A stretch of DNA of 20,133 nucleotides from Thermoplasmatota archaeon (GCA_965234725.1 CBDDUX010000030.1:1-20133); one strand, 5' to 3'. Shown: positions 1-8,030, numbered from the stretch's first letter. The notes: generated from the sequence alone by a model not told the origin. Made by a program: numbers and translations.

Positions 1-349
1 TGGTCTCCTCGGCCAAGGTAGGTGTTGACATAGATTTCTTCGGGTTTGGCACTCTCTTGAAGAATACACCTTTGTATTTCAGATACGAATATATGGCCTT
101 GAACTCTGAAACGATGTATGATGGAGTCCTGCCCTTCCTCTGCTCCTCCTTGGCATACTCCATCATCTTGTCATAACGATCTTCGGTACTGAGCGCAACG
201 ATACTCTGTGGTGTCTCGTTCATCCAATCAAGAATTGCGGACACTCTTCTAATGTAGGTGGTGGCAGTGACCTCTGCGCCGGAGTAGACCATCTCCCCGT
301 ACCAGCCTTTGATATCCTTATCCTTCAACATCTCTTCCACAATAGTCAT
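1..349 (-). CDS. Tyrosine recombinase/integrase, N-terminal part (runs off the left edge)
   Basis: Not in the ORF track. Open frame from ATG 349: MTIVEEMLKDKDIKGWYGEMVYSGAEVTATTYIRRVSAILDWMNETPQSIVAL...KGRTPSYIVSEFKAIYSYLKYKG...STPTLAEET. It follows the pattern I recall for Thermoplasmata integrase N-termini (D.D...WY......S..TA..Y.RR, G...SY.....KA..S.L, TPTL..E). Catalytic residues would lie outside the window. Confidence 0.75.
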   Translation of the reverse strand, partial: MTIVEEMLKDKDIKGWYGEMVYSGAEVTATTYIRRVSAILDWMNETPQSIVALSTEDRYDKMMEYAKEEQRKGRTPSYIVSEFKAIYSYLKYKGVFFKRVPNPKKSMSTPTLAEET

Positions 350-369
350 AAGGTAGGTGATGAACCCTT

Positions 370-382
370 TCTATATATGAAT
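370..382 (-). promoter_or_regulatory. Putative TATA box of the integrase gene (leaderless arrangement)
   Basis: Minus strand TTCATATATAG lies about 22-30 nt upstream of ATG 349. Confidence 0.45.
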
Positions 383-409
383 TTCTATGGCCCATGCAGG
401 AAGTTGTAT

Positions 410-426
410 AAGTCCGGCTTGGCCCA
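410..426 (+). mobile_element. Putative attachment site: tRNA 3'-end fragment
   Basis: AAGT-CCGGC-TTGGCCC-A fits tRNA positions 57-73 (T-loop 3' half, T-stem 3' strand starting C61, acceptor 3' strand, discriminator A). It is followed by a T-rich tract and lies 60 nt from the integrase start. Confidence 0.55.
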
Positions 427-531
427 CTTGGTTTTCTTTTACAAACCATAGTTTCAAACCTGTCAAGTCAGTAGGGAGTTGGAAATCTCATTTAATGGGT
501 GCGAATCTTTAAATTTAGACTGTCCTTTTAA

Positions 532-566
532 ATATAGTGCAAACTTATAAGTGTGCACTTTATATA
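532..566 (+). promoter_or_regulatory. 32-bp imperfect palindrome overlapping the TATA box of the ATPase gene
   Basis: ATATAGTGCAAACTTATAAGTGTGCACTTTAT (532-563) has 2 mismatched pairs. TTTATATA at 559-566 is about 24 nt before ATG 590. Confidence 0.55.
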
Positions 567-589
567 ATGTGACCTACATATCCTCATTC

Positions 590-1807
590 ATGAAGGATCT
601 ATTGGATCGTTTCAACCCATGGTGGTTCGGTAAAACTCAATTCCCAGGCATACCACGGGAAGGATATCTTGAAGAATTGATGAGATTCAGGGAAAACAAT
701 GATGTCATATTGATCTCAGGATTAAGGCGCACCGGCAAGACTACACTCATGAAACAGATGATCCACAGGTTGATAGTTGAAGGGACGAAACCCGAACAAA
801 TTATCTTTGTTTCATTGGACAACATTGGACTCAAAGACCGGACCATCCTGCAGATCGAAGATGAATACAGAAAAAGTTCTGGGATGAGCAATGAGGAAAA
901 ATTGTATCTCTTTCTCGATGAGGTTCACTTCCAGGATCAATTCGAAGTACAGTTAAAAAACCTATACGATCTTGGTTCGACAAAGATCTTTGCATCCGGA
1001 TCTGCGAACCTGGACATCTTGATGAAAACACCTCATCTAACAGGAAGATATCGTATAGTTGAGATGAGACCCTTGGATTTCAGGGAATTTCTTATATTCC
1101 ATGGACACGAGATCGGAGAGAAATCCCATAAGGATCTTGTTGAACTGGCCCATGAATACGCTTTAACTGGCGGAATACCAGAATATGTTCTCACCGGAGA
1201 TATCAATTCTCTAAATACAATGATACATTCTGTTCTTTATAGGGATGTATTCACAAGGTCGGGATTAAGGGACCATGAATCCCTTTTGAACATCTTTACG
1301 ATGATCGTGAAGAATGTATCCACTCCCATGAGCACCAGGAGTATTTCAAGAGTTCTCAATCACTCTGAAGAAACGGTAAAAAAGGTCCTTGAACTTCTTG
1401 AGGAAGTGAATTTGATCCAAAAGGTCGAAAGACAGGGGAATTTCAAGGAGAGAAAAGCCAACCCTCCCAAGTATTATCTTTCAGACACCGGTATCTTCAA
1501 TGTCATCATGGACAAGGTGAATATCGGGGCTGTTGTGGAAAATCTTGTGTTCTTGAAACTTAGAAGATACGGGCCGGTCCACTTCCACCGCTCTTCCGGT
1601 AAGGAAATTGATTTCATTTTGAAGAAGACCGCCTTCGAGGTCAAGTATATGGATGATCCACCTTCTGATGGTAATATTTCAATTGTTTGGAAAGGAAAGA
1701 AAAGAATGATAACCAGGTCGTATGAGGATAATCTTGGGGCAATTAAAGCAATACCTTTGGCTGATTTACTGAAATTCTCCGAGAAAGAGGATATTGGGAT
1801 GCTATAG
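590..1807 (+). CDS. AAA_14 + DUF4143 family ATP-binding protein (COG1373-like)
   Basis: Walker A GLRRTGKT, Walker B LFLDEVH, SGS, LTGR, GGIPE, PKYYLSDTG, ENLV and a C-terminal EIDF...FEVK motif. ATG 590 is preferred over GTG 551 because of TATA spacing. Confidence 0.9.
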   Translation: MKDLLDRFNPWWFGKTQFPGIPREGYLEELMRFRENNDVILISGLRRTGKTTLMKQMIHRLIVEGTKPEQIIFVSLDNIGLKDRTILQIEDEYRKSSGMSNEEKLYLFLDEVHFQDQFEVQLKNLYDLGSTKIFASGSANLDILMKTPHLTGRYRIVEMRPLDFREFLIFHGHEIGEKSHKDLVELAHEYALTGGIPEYVLTGDINSLNTMIHSVLYRDVFTRSGLRDHESLLNIFTMIVKNVSTPMSTRSISRVLNHSEETVKKVLELLEEVNLIQKVERQGNFKERKANPPKYYLSDTGIFNVIMDKVNIGAVVENLVFLKLRRYGPVHFHRSSGKEIDFILKKTAFEVKYMDDPPSDGNISIVWKGKKRMITRSYEDNLGAIKAIPLADLLKFSEKEDIGML

Positions 1808-1962
1808 GATTTGATGGACTCGGGTTAGCCCACTCTATTTTCAGTTCAAATCCAGATAAATTCGATAATAATGTTGTTAGTTCACTCCGTGGAGAGGATC
1901 AGACCATCCGGCAGGAATTGGTGAAAAATAATTCGTTGTGAATATAAACCTATTCTTACATT

Positions 1963-2011
1963 ATTGCCAATATGTGCAATTATTTTATATATGACTTCTC
2001 ATATGAGTAGT
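1963..2011 (+). promoter_or_regulatory. Promoter of the metal/Fe-S cluster: TATA box flanked by two dyads
   Basis: ATTGC-N8-GCAAT (1963-1980), TTTTATAT (1983-1990), ACTTCTCATATGAGTAGT (1994-2011, perfect core CTCATATGAG). Confidence 0.55.
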
Positions 2012-2012
2012 T

Positions 2013-2345
2013 GTGCGATGGAGAAACGGCAACCACAGGTGCGCAAGATGGGTAGAAAACATCCCGGAGGTCATACTGTATAAACCAGCGGGGGTCCCTT
2101 TGAGAGACATGGAGATCGTTGAGATATCCATTGTAGAGATCGAAGCTATCAGACTTGCCGACTATGAAGGATTGACCCAAGAAAAAGCGGCACAGAAAAT
2201 GGGCATATCAAGAAGAAGTTTCTGGAACGATCTAATGACAGCAAGGAAAAAGATCGCTTATGCCCTATCAAATGGATGTGCCATACAGATAATCGGTGGG
2301 AATGTTCGTCTATCCAAAAACACGGAAAAAGATACGGAGAAATGA
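2013..2345 (+). CDS. DUF134 family predicted DNA-binding (HTH) protein
   Basis: YKPAGVPL...EIEAIRLADYEGLTQEKAAQKMGISRRSFWNDLMTARKKIAYALSNG.AI.I.GG matches the DUF134 pattern. GTG start is about 23 nt after the TATA box. Confidence 0.9.
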   Translation: MRWRNGNHRCARWVENIPEVILYKPAGVPLRDMEIVEISIVEIEAIRLADYEGLTQEKAAQKMGISRRSFWNDLMTARKKIAYALSNGCAIQIIGGNVRLSKNTEKDTEK

Positions 2346-2350
2346 TAATT

Positions 2351-2593
2351 ATGCCTAGAGGAGATAGAATGGGGCCGGAAGGATATGGTCCGAGAACAGG
2401 AAGAGCACTGGGTTATTGTTCAGGTTACAACACCCCCGGATTTACCAGAGGATATTATGGAATGGGATACGGAAGGGGAATGGGACGTGGATATGCCCGG
2501 GGAGGATATGGAAGAGGTTTGGGGTTCTTCGGAAGGGTCTTTGGAAGAGGGGGAAGATTTATGGGTCGAGGTTTCGGAAGAGGGAGGTGGTAA
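2351..2593 (+). CDS. DUF5320 family Gly/Arg-rich protein (short copy)
   Basis: MPRGDRMGPEGYGPRTGRALGYCSGYNTPGF followed by GRG/RGG repeats. Likely start is ATG 2351 within track ORF 2276..2593. Confidence 0.85.
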   Translation: MPRGDRMGPEGYGPRTGRALGYCSGYNTPGFTRGYYGMGYGRGMGRGYARGGYGRGLGFFGRVFGRGGRFMGRGFGRGRW

Positions 2594-2745
2594 CATGCCC
2601 GGAGGAGATGAAAGCGGGCCCTGGGGAAGAGGTCCGATGACAGGCCGGGGAGCAGGCTACTGTGCAGGTTTCAACGCCCCTGGGTTTGCCAGTGGGCTTG
2701 ATAGAAGAGGAATGGGATTCGGCAGGGGAATGGGACGTGGCTACG
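2459..2745 (+). repeat. 37-bp direct repeat shared by the two DUF5320 genes (2459-2495 and 2709-2745)
   Basis: ggaatgggatacggaaggggaatgggacgtggatatg vs ggaatgggattcggcaggggaatgggacgtggctacg, 33/37 identical. Confidence 0.7.
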
Positions 2746-3014
2746 ACATGGGAGAGCCCGTAAGTGGTTTTGGTGGAGGACGCGGTAGAGGTATGGGGCG
2801 AGGTTTGAGAGGTGGATTTGGATATTATGAACCGGGTTACTTCCCTTCGGAAAACGATCGAATGGACATACCTTACCATCACAGAATGCCCAGGACTTTC
2901 AGTGAACCTTCACCCGAGGAGGAGAAGGCTTATCTCGAAGATCAGGTAAATGGAATGGAAGCGGAACTTGAGGATATGAAGAAAAGGATCAAGGAATTGA
3001 CAAAGGAAAAGTGA
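2595..3014 (+). CDS. DUF5320 family protein with C-terminal coiled coil
   Basis: MPGGDESGPWGRGPMTGRGAGYCAGFNAPGF...EEEKAYLEDQVNGMEAELEDMKKRIKEL. SD GGAGGTG precedes ATG 2595. Confidence 0.9.
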   Translation: MPGGDESGPWGRGPMTGRGAGYCAGFNAPGFASGLDRRGMGFGRGMGRGYDMGEPVSGFGGGRGRGMGRGLRGGFGYYEPGYFPSENDRMDIPYHHRMPRTFSEPSPEEEKAYLEDQVNGMEAELEDMKKRIKELTKEK

Positions 3015-3147
3015 TGTTTCTTTCAATAGGTCAGATTGCACGGGACGGATCAAAGATCATGGGAGATCAAGGTTTTGAACCGAAAATGGACAGATGCTCG
3101 TTTGAAAAAAGATGGTACCATAATGGAGGTTGTGTAAATTGCAGAAT

Positions 3148-3312
3148 ATGAATACTAATAGAGGATCAGGGCAGGGAAACAGGGTTGGAATGGGCGTGGG
3201 TGGATACTGTATTTGCCCGGATTGCGGATACAAGGAATCTCATACGAGAGGAACCCCATGCTTTGAGCTAAAATGTCCTAAATGCAAGAAGTCACTGGTT
3301 AGAGAGGGATAG
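3148..3312 (+). CDS. Small Cys-rich metal-binding protein
   Basis: GYCICPDCGYKESHTRGTPCFELKCPKCKK: CxCxxC...H...C...CxxC. Start is ATG 3148 or TTG 3139 (SD GGAGGT at 3125-3130). Confidence 0.75.
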   Translation: MNTNRGSGQGNRVGMGVGGYCICPDCGYKESHTRGTPCFELKCPKCKKSLVREG

Positions 3313-3375
3313 TTAGAATTTAAAAAAATATTTTTCAGGGTCAGCGGATCATATGAAACAACAAGGAGACGTTCA

Positions 3376-3741
3376 ATGAAAATAGCGATAACAGCAAAGG
3401 GAGAGGAACTGAATTCCGAAATAGATCCAAGGTTCGGCAGATGCCGGTATTTCGTAATAGTGGATACGGAAACCATGGAGTTCGAATCGATAATCAACGA
3501 AAGTGCCATGGCCAGTGGTGGAGCTGGTCCTCAAGCCGCAAATGCAATTTCCAAGATGGGTGCAAAGGTTGTGATTACGGGAAATGTAGGGCCGAATGCT
3601 CATCGAACCCTGGAAGCGGCGGGGATAAAGATCATCACAGGATCGAATGGGAAGGTCAGTGAAATGGTCCAGAAATATAAGAGGGGAGAACTCTCGAGTT
3701 CAACTTCCCCTACAGTAGGTTCACATGCGGGTATGAAGTAA
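3376..3741 (+). CDS. NifB/NifX (MTH1175/orange-protein-like) family protein
   Basis: MKIAITA...IDPRFGRCRYFVIVD...GGAGPQAA...VITGNVGPNA...L.AAGI. SD AGGAG. Confidence 0.92.
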   Translation: MKIAITAKGEELNSEIDPRFGRCRYFVIVDTETMEFESIINESAMASGGAGPQAANAISKMGAKVVITGNVGPNAHRTLEAAGIKIITGSNGKVSEMVQKYKRGELSSSTSPTVGSHAGMK

Positions 3742-3760
3742 TAGAAAGTGAGGTGAAAAA

Positions 3761-4174
3761 ATGAAACTTTGCATTCCATCAATGGGAAAGAACGGTCTGA
3801 ATGAGACTGTGGGGGAGCATTTCGGTCGCGTCCCTGCATATACGGTCTTTGACACAGAAACCGAAGAAGTGAAAATTCTGGATAATACAAGCGAACACAT
3901 GGGCGGATCAGGATATCCTGCCGAGATCCTCGCCAAAGCTGGCATAAACACCATGCTATGTGGTGGGTTGGGCAGAAGGGCGATCTCAATGTTCGAAGGA
4001 GCCGGTGTCATGGTGTTTGTCGGAGCCAATGGTACCGTCAAGGAAGCAATAGAGATGTGGAAGGCAGGAAAACTGCAAGCTGCAACGGACGAAAATGCTT
4101 GTGCACAACACGCTTACAGGGGAGATGGGATTGGTGAGGGTCATGGCGATGGACATGGGCATCACCATCATTAA
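3761..4174 (+). CDS. NifB/NifX family protein with His-rich C-terminal tail
   Basis: HFGRVP.YTVFD, LCGGLGRRA, tail CAQH...GHGDGHGHHHH. SD GAGGTGA. Confidence 0.9.
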   Translation: MKLCIPSMGKNGLNETVGEHFGRVPAYTVFDTETEEVKILDNTSEHMGGSGYPAEILAKAGINTMLCGGLGRRAISMFEGAGVMVFVGANGTVKEAIEMWKAGKLQAATDENACAQHAYRGDGIGEGHGDGHGHHHH

Positions 4175-4205
4175 ATGAGTTTTCAGAGGTATATGAGGTC
4201 TTGAG

Positions 4206-5036
4206 ATGAAGATCACTGTAGCCAGTGGCAAAGGTGGAACAGGAAAAACAACTATTGCGGTCAATTTGGCTATCAGTCTGGAAAATTCAATGCTGATCGA
4301 CTGTGATGTTGAGGGCCCGAACAGCCATATATTCTTCAAGGAACCAATGGTAAAGTTGAAGGATGTGAGCATACCAGCTCCCAAGTTCGACCTTGAAACA
4401 TGCACATTATGTGGAAAATGCGCTAAATTCTGCCAATATAATGCAATATCAGTTGTCGGAGAAAAACTGCTATTTTTCAAGGAACTTTGTCATGGTTGTG
4501 GTGGATGCAAGATCGTCTGTCCGGTAAAGGCTATCTCAGAGGTAGAACATAATATCGGCATCATAGAGAAAGGAGGAGATAAGGACCTCACACTCTATCA
4601 TGGACTGCTCAACATCAGTGAACCATTTAGTGTACCGATCATAAGAGAACTGAAGGAATTCGCAGATGATTCCAAGATCACAATATTCGACTCTCCCCCG
4701 GGTACTGCTTGCCCAGCGGTTGAGACGATGAGGGATGTGGATTTCTGTATACTTGTAACCGAACCAACACCATTCGGTCTCCACGATCTGACACTGACCG
4801 TTGAAGTGATAAGAGAGATAGGAACGCCTTTTGGAGTCGTGGTCAACAGGGACGGTATAGGGGATGACAGAGTTGACCGGTATTGTGAAAAAGAGAATAT
4901 TCCGCTCATCTCCAAAATACCCAACAAACTGGAAATTGCAAAACTTTACTCGGACGGGATTCCCATGGTGATCGGTCTTCCAAAATACAGGAGACTGTTC
5001 ACTCAGATGTTCGAGAAGATCAAGGAGATGGTCTGA
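4206..5036 (+). CDS. MinD-superfamily P-loop ATPase with inserted 2x[4Fe-4S] ferredoxin domain (COG1149)
   Basis: SGKGGTGKT, DCDVE.PN, CTLCGKCAKFC, CHGCGGCKIVC, DSPPGTACP, TEPTPFGLHD. Confidence 0.93.
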   Translation: MKITVASGKGGTGKTTIAVNLAISLENSMLIDCDVEGPNSHIFFKEPMVKLKDVSIPAPKFDLETCTLCGKCAKFCQYNAISVVGEKLLFFKELCHGCGGCKIVCPVKAISEVEHNIGIIEKGGDKDLTLYHGLLNISEPFSVPIIRELKEFADDSKITIFDSPPGTACPAVETMRDVDFCILVTEPTPFGLHDLTLTVEVIREIGTPFGVVVNRDGIGDDRVDRYCEKENIPLISKIPNKLEIAKLYSDGIPMVIGLPKYRRLFTQMFEKIKEMV

Positions 5037-5899
5037 TGGTAAAGGAGATCACCATCATCAGCGGAAAGGGCGGTTGTGGAAAAACGACCATCGCCGCATC
5101 ATTCTCGGCACTTGCGAGGAACCATGTGACCGCGGACGCGGATGTGGACGCAGCGGACATGCACATCCTGTTGGATCCGGAGATCAAAAAGAGGGAGACA
5201 TTCCATGGTCTGAACATCGCAAAAAAGAGCGATGACCTCTGCATCAACTGTGGTAAATGCTACGAGAACTGCAGATATGGTGCCTTCGATCCTGACAACA
5301 CACTGCATCCCGAAAAATGTGAGGGATGCGCCGTATGCGAGCTCGTTTGCCCCGTTGGTGCCATCGAAATGGTAGAGAGAGAAGCCGGTGAAGCATATAT
5401 CTCCGAAACAAGGTTCGGCCCCCTTGTCCATGCAAGATTGCATGCGGGTGAGGAAGCATCAGGCAAACTTGTAGCACTAGTTAGAAAAAGGGCCAGAGAG
5501 GTAGCGGAAGATCAGAAAAAGGACCTGATCATTATAGACGGCCCTCCGGGAACAGGTTGTACAGTGATATCCTCCATCACGGGTGTGGACCTGGTGCTTG
5601 TGGTTGTAGAACCCACACTTTCCGGCATACATGATTCCAAGAGAATAATCGAGGTCGCAGATCATTTCAGCATACCCTCTGTCGTCTGTATTAACAAGTA
5701 CGATATCAACATGGAGAACACACAGAGCATACTGGATTTCTGCAAGGTGGAGGGAATAGAGGTTGTCGGAAAGCTTCCATACGACGAAACTGCCACCAAG
5801 GCGATGATAGAAGAAAAGACAGTGGTGGAATTCTCAGACGGGGATCTGGCGAGGTCCGTTAAGGATATCTGGAGGAAGGTCGAGAAGGCATTGATATGA
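5036..5899 (+). CDS. Second MinD-superfamily ATPase with 2x[4Fe-4S] domain (COG1149)
   Basis: SGKGGCGKT, DADVDAAD, CINCGKCYENC, CEGCAVCELVC, GEEASGKLV, DGPPGTGC. TGATG overlap with the upstream gene. Confidence 0.93.
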   Translation: MVKEITIISGKGGCGKTTIAASFSALARNHVTADADVDAADMHILLDPEIKKRETFHGLNIAKKSDDLCINCGKCYENCRYGAFDPDNTLHPEKCEGCAVCELVCPVGAIEMVEREAGEAYISETRFGPLVHARLHAGEEASGKLVALVRKRAREVAEDQKKDLIIIDGPPGTGCTVISSITGVDLVLVVVEPTLSGIHDSKRIIEVADHFSIPSVVCINKYDINMENTQSILDFCKVEGIEVVGKLPYDETATKAMIEEKTVVEFSDGDLARSVKDIWRKVEKALI

Positions 5900-6330
5900 A
5901 CAAGAGTGATTTTTACGGGATAGTGGATGAGCTGGAAGAGAGAATAAGGAAAGATGAAAAGAAAAGGTTTTCCGAAAAGGTCCTGAAGGAAGCAGGGAAC
6001 CCCCATAATGTGGGAAAGATCGAAGAACCCGATTGCCAAGCATCAATAACAGGACCTTGCGGAGACACGATGGAATTCTCTTTGACCGTTGAGGACGGCC
6101 GGATATCGGATATCCGTTTCATGACGGATGGATGCGGTTCTTCCATTGCAAGCGGAAGTATCACAACAAGGATGGTTAAAGGCAGGACCATGGTAGAGGC
6201 CAGCAAAATAACTGACCATGACATATTGAACGAACTGGACGGTTTGCCCGAGGAAAATCGGCACTGCACAAGACTTGCAGCTGACACCCTTCACAAAGCC
6301 ATCGAAAATTATCCGAAAAGGGAGCGATGA
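5896..6330 (+). CDS. IscU/NifU N-terminal-type Fe-S scaffold protein
   Basis: NPHNVG, GPCGD, DGCGSSIASGS, GLPEENRHC: the three conserved Cys plus Asp/His of U-type scaffolds. ATGA overlap. Confidence 0.88.
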   Translation: MNKSDFYGIVDELEERIRKDEKKRFSEKVLKEAGNPHNVGKIEEPDCQASITGPCGDTMEFSLTVEDGRISDIRFMTDGCGSSIASGSITTRMVKGRTMVEASKITDHDILNELDGLPEENRHCTRLAADTLHKAIENYPKRER

Positions 6331-6334
6331 CCAG

Positions 6335-6919
6335 ATGAAATGCGCATTTTGCGATAGCAAGGATTGCTACACCGGAAAGGACTGTGTGAAGCTGAAGGAA
6401 GAGGTAGAGAAACGCTATGTCGAAGATGACCTGAGGTCCATGAAGGTTTCCACCGGCATTGAGTCCAGGTATTACATGGAAAAGACACGTCTTGAAGAAC
6501 TGATACTATATGCCAAGGGCATGGATTATGAGAAGATCGGAATGGCCTTCTGCATTGGAATGGAGAAGGAGGCCAGGATCATACACAAGATACTTGAGAA
6601 GGATTTCGAGGTCCATTCGGTCTGCTGCAAGGTCTGCGGTATCGACAAGGATAGATTCGAGCTGGAAAGACTTCACAGCAAGGACGGAGTGGAGGCCATG
6701 TGCAACCCCATAGGGCAGGCCATGGTACTGAATAATGAGAAGACCCAGTTGAACGTCATCCTCGGTCTGTGCATGGGTCATGACATTCTCTTCACACAAC
6801 ATTCGAATGCTCCCGTTACCACTATAGCTGTCAAGGACAGGGTGCTGGCGCACAATCCGCTGGGTGCCATATATTCCAATTATTATCTGAAAAGAAGATT
6901 CGGTGGCGAGCAGGAATGA
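6335..6919 (+). CDS. DUF1847 family Cys-rich metal-binding protein
   Basis: MKCAFC...C...C, TRLEE, IGMAFCIG, SVCCKVCGIDK, MCNPIGQA, GLCMGHD, KDRVLAHNP. Start ATG 6335. Confidence 0.9.
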   Translation: MKCAFCDSKDCYTGKDCVKLKEEVEKRYVEDDLRSMKVSTGIESRYYMEKTRLEELILYAKGMDYEKIGMAFCIGMEKEARIIHKILEKDFEVHSVCCKVCGIDKDRFELERLHSKDGVEAMCNPIGQAMVLNNEKTQLNVILGLCMGHDILFTQHSNAPVTTIAVKDRVLAHNPLGAIYSNYYLKRRFGGEQE

Positions 6920-7584
6920 AGATAACAATTGTATATGATAACGAAGCAGAGGAAGGGTTCAAGAGCGGCTGGGGATTTTCCTGCCTGATCGAACATCACG
7001 GCCACAGGATCCTATTCGACACAGGCTGGGATGGCAATGAACTTCTCCATAACATGGAGAAGATCGGAGTGAAAAAGGAATCCATAGACATGATCGTTCT
7101 CTCCCACAACCACTGGGACCATATTGGAGGTCTTGCTCAGGTGATCCACCCTGAAGTGAACGTCTATCTTCCAATATCTTTCTCGAAGCGTCTCAAGAAT
7201 GAAATTGCAAAGAAGGCTACGGTTCAGGAGGTCAGCGGACCGTTTGAGATCATGGAAGGAATGCATCTTACCGGTGAGCTGGGAATGGGTATAAAGGAGC
7301 AATCACTGGTTGTTGATACTGGAAAAGGTCTTCTGGTGATCACAGGCTGTGCTCATCCTGGTCTGGATGTGATATTGAGAGCTGCTGGAAAACTTGGCAA
7401 AGTTACCGGAGTGATGGGCGGATTTCACGGTTTTGATAGACTTGAGCGATTAGATGACCTTGCCCTGATAGTCCCATGCCATTGCACAGAGCGTAAAAAA
7501 GAGATCATGGAACGATTCCCGGAAAAGGTCATGGCCTGTGGAGCAGGGCATAGTTTCCAATTTAGTAATGATGATGAACTTTAA
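6916..7584 (+). CDS. MBL-fold metallo-hydrolase (COG1237-like)
   Basis: ITIVYDN, WGFSCLIE, LFDTG, SHNHWDHIGG (HxHxDH), EQSL, TGCAHPG, GGFH, PCHCT. Confidence 0.9.
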   Translation: MKITIVYDNEAEEGFKSGWGFSCLIEHHGHRILFDTGWDGNELLHNMEKIGVKKESIDMIVLSHNHWDHIGGLAQVIHPEVNVYLPISFSKRLKNEIAKKATVQEVSGPFEIMEGMHLTGELGMGIKEQSLVVDTGKGLLVITGCAHPGLDVILRAAGKLGKVTGVMGGFHGFDRLERLDDLALIVPCHCTERKKEIMERFPEKVMACGAGHSFQFSNDDEL

Positions 7585-7643
7585 GGGGGGAAAATATTGA
7601 AAAAAGAAAAAATTAAATTTTTTGCGAAACTGGAGGGATCCTG

Positions 7644-8030
7644 GTGAAAGAAAAAGAGGGCCATATTGAACAGGCAAAGGATGATGAGACACAGAGCGAT
7701 CTAAAATGGCCTCAAGTGCCGGTGGACCTTACCGATCATAACTTCAATGAAATCGTGAAAAAATTTCCGTTGTTGGTCGTTGATTTCTGGGCACCCTGGT
7801 GTATGCCATGCAAAATGGTAGGTCCTGTCATCGAAGAGCTGGCTAAGGACTATCGTGGAAAGGTTGTTTTTGGCAAAATGAACGTGGACAGAGAACAGCA
7901 GATTGCTAGAAAATACGGGATCTTGAGCATACCGACAATATACATCTTTAAAAATGGGGAAATGGCAGATCAGCAGATCGGTGCAATATCTAGGGAGATC
8001 CTGGGATCCATGATTAAAAAGCACCTTTAA
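7644..8030 (+). CDS. trxA: Thioredoxin
   Basis: VVDFWAPWCMPCKMVGPV...K.NVD...YGILSIPT. SD GGAGGGA before GTG. Confidence 0.9.
   Translation: MKEKEGHIEQAKDDETQSDLKWPQVPVDLTDHNFNEIVKKFPLLVVDFWAPWCMPCKMVGPVIEELAKDYRGKVVFGKMNVDREQQIARKYGILSIPTIYIFKNGEMADQQIGAISREILGSMIKKHL

Noticed and set aside
2385-2594. 70-residue acidic N-terminal extension of the second DUF5320 in the ORF track
   Set aside because: It is the alternate-frame shadow of the Gly/Arg-rich first copy. The SD and family start are at 2595.
3376-6330. Nitrogen fixation locus (NifX, NifU and NifH-like annotations)
   Set aside because: No nifH/D/K/E/N present. The ATPases are COG1149 type with ferredoxin inserts.
7585-7625. A-run/T-run inverted repeat between the MBL gene and thioredoxin
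   Set aside because: Low-complexity AT sequence. It could be a weak terminator, but the evidence is insufficient.
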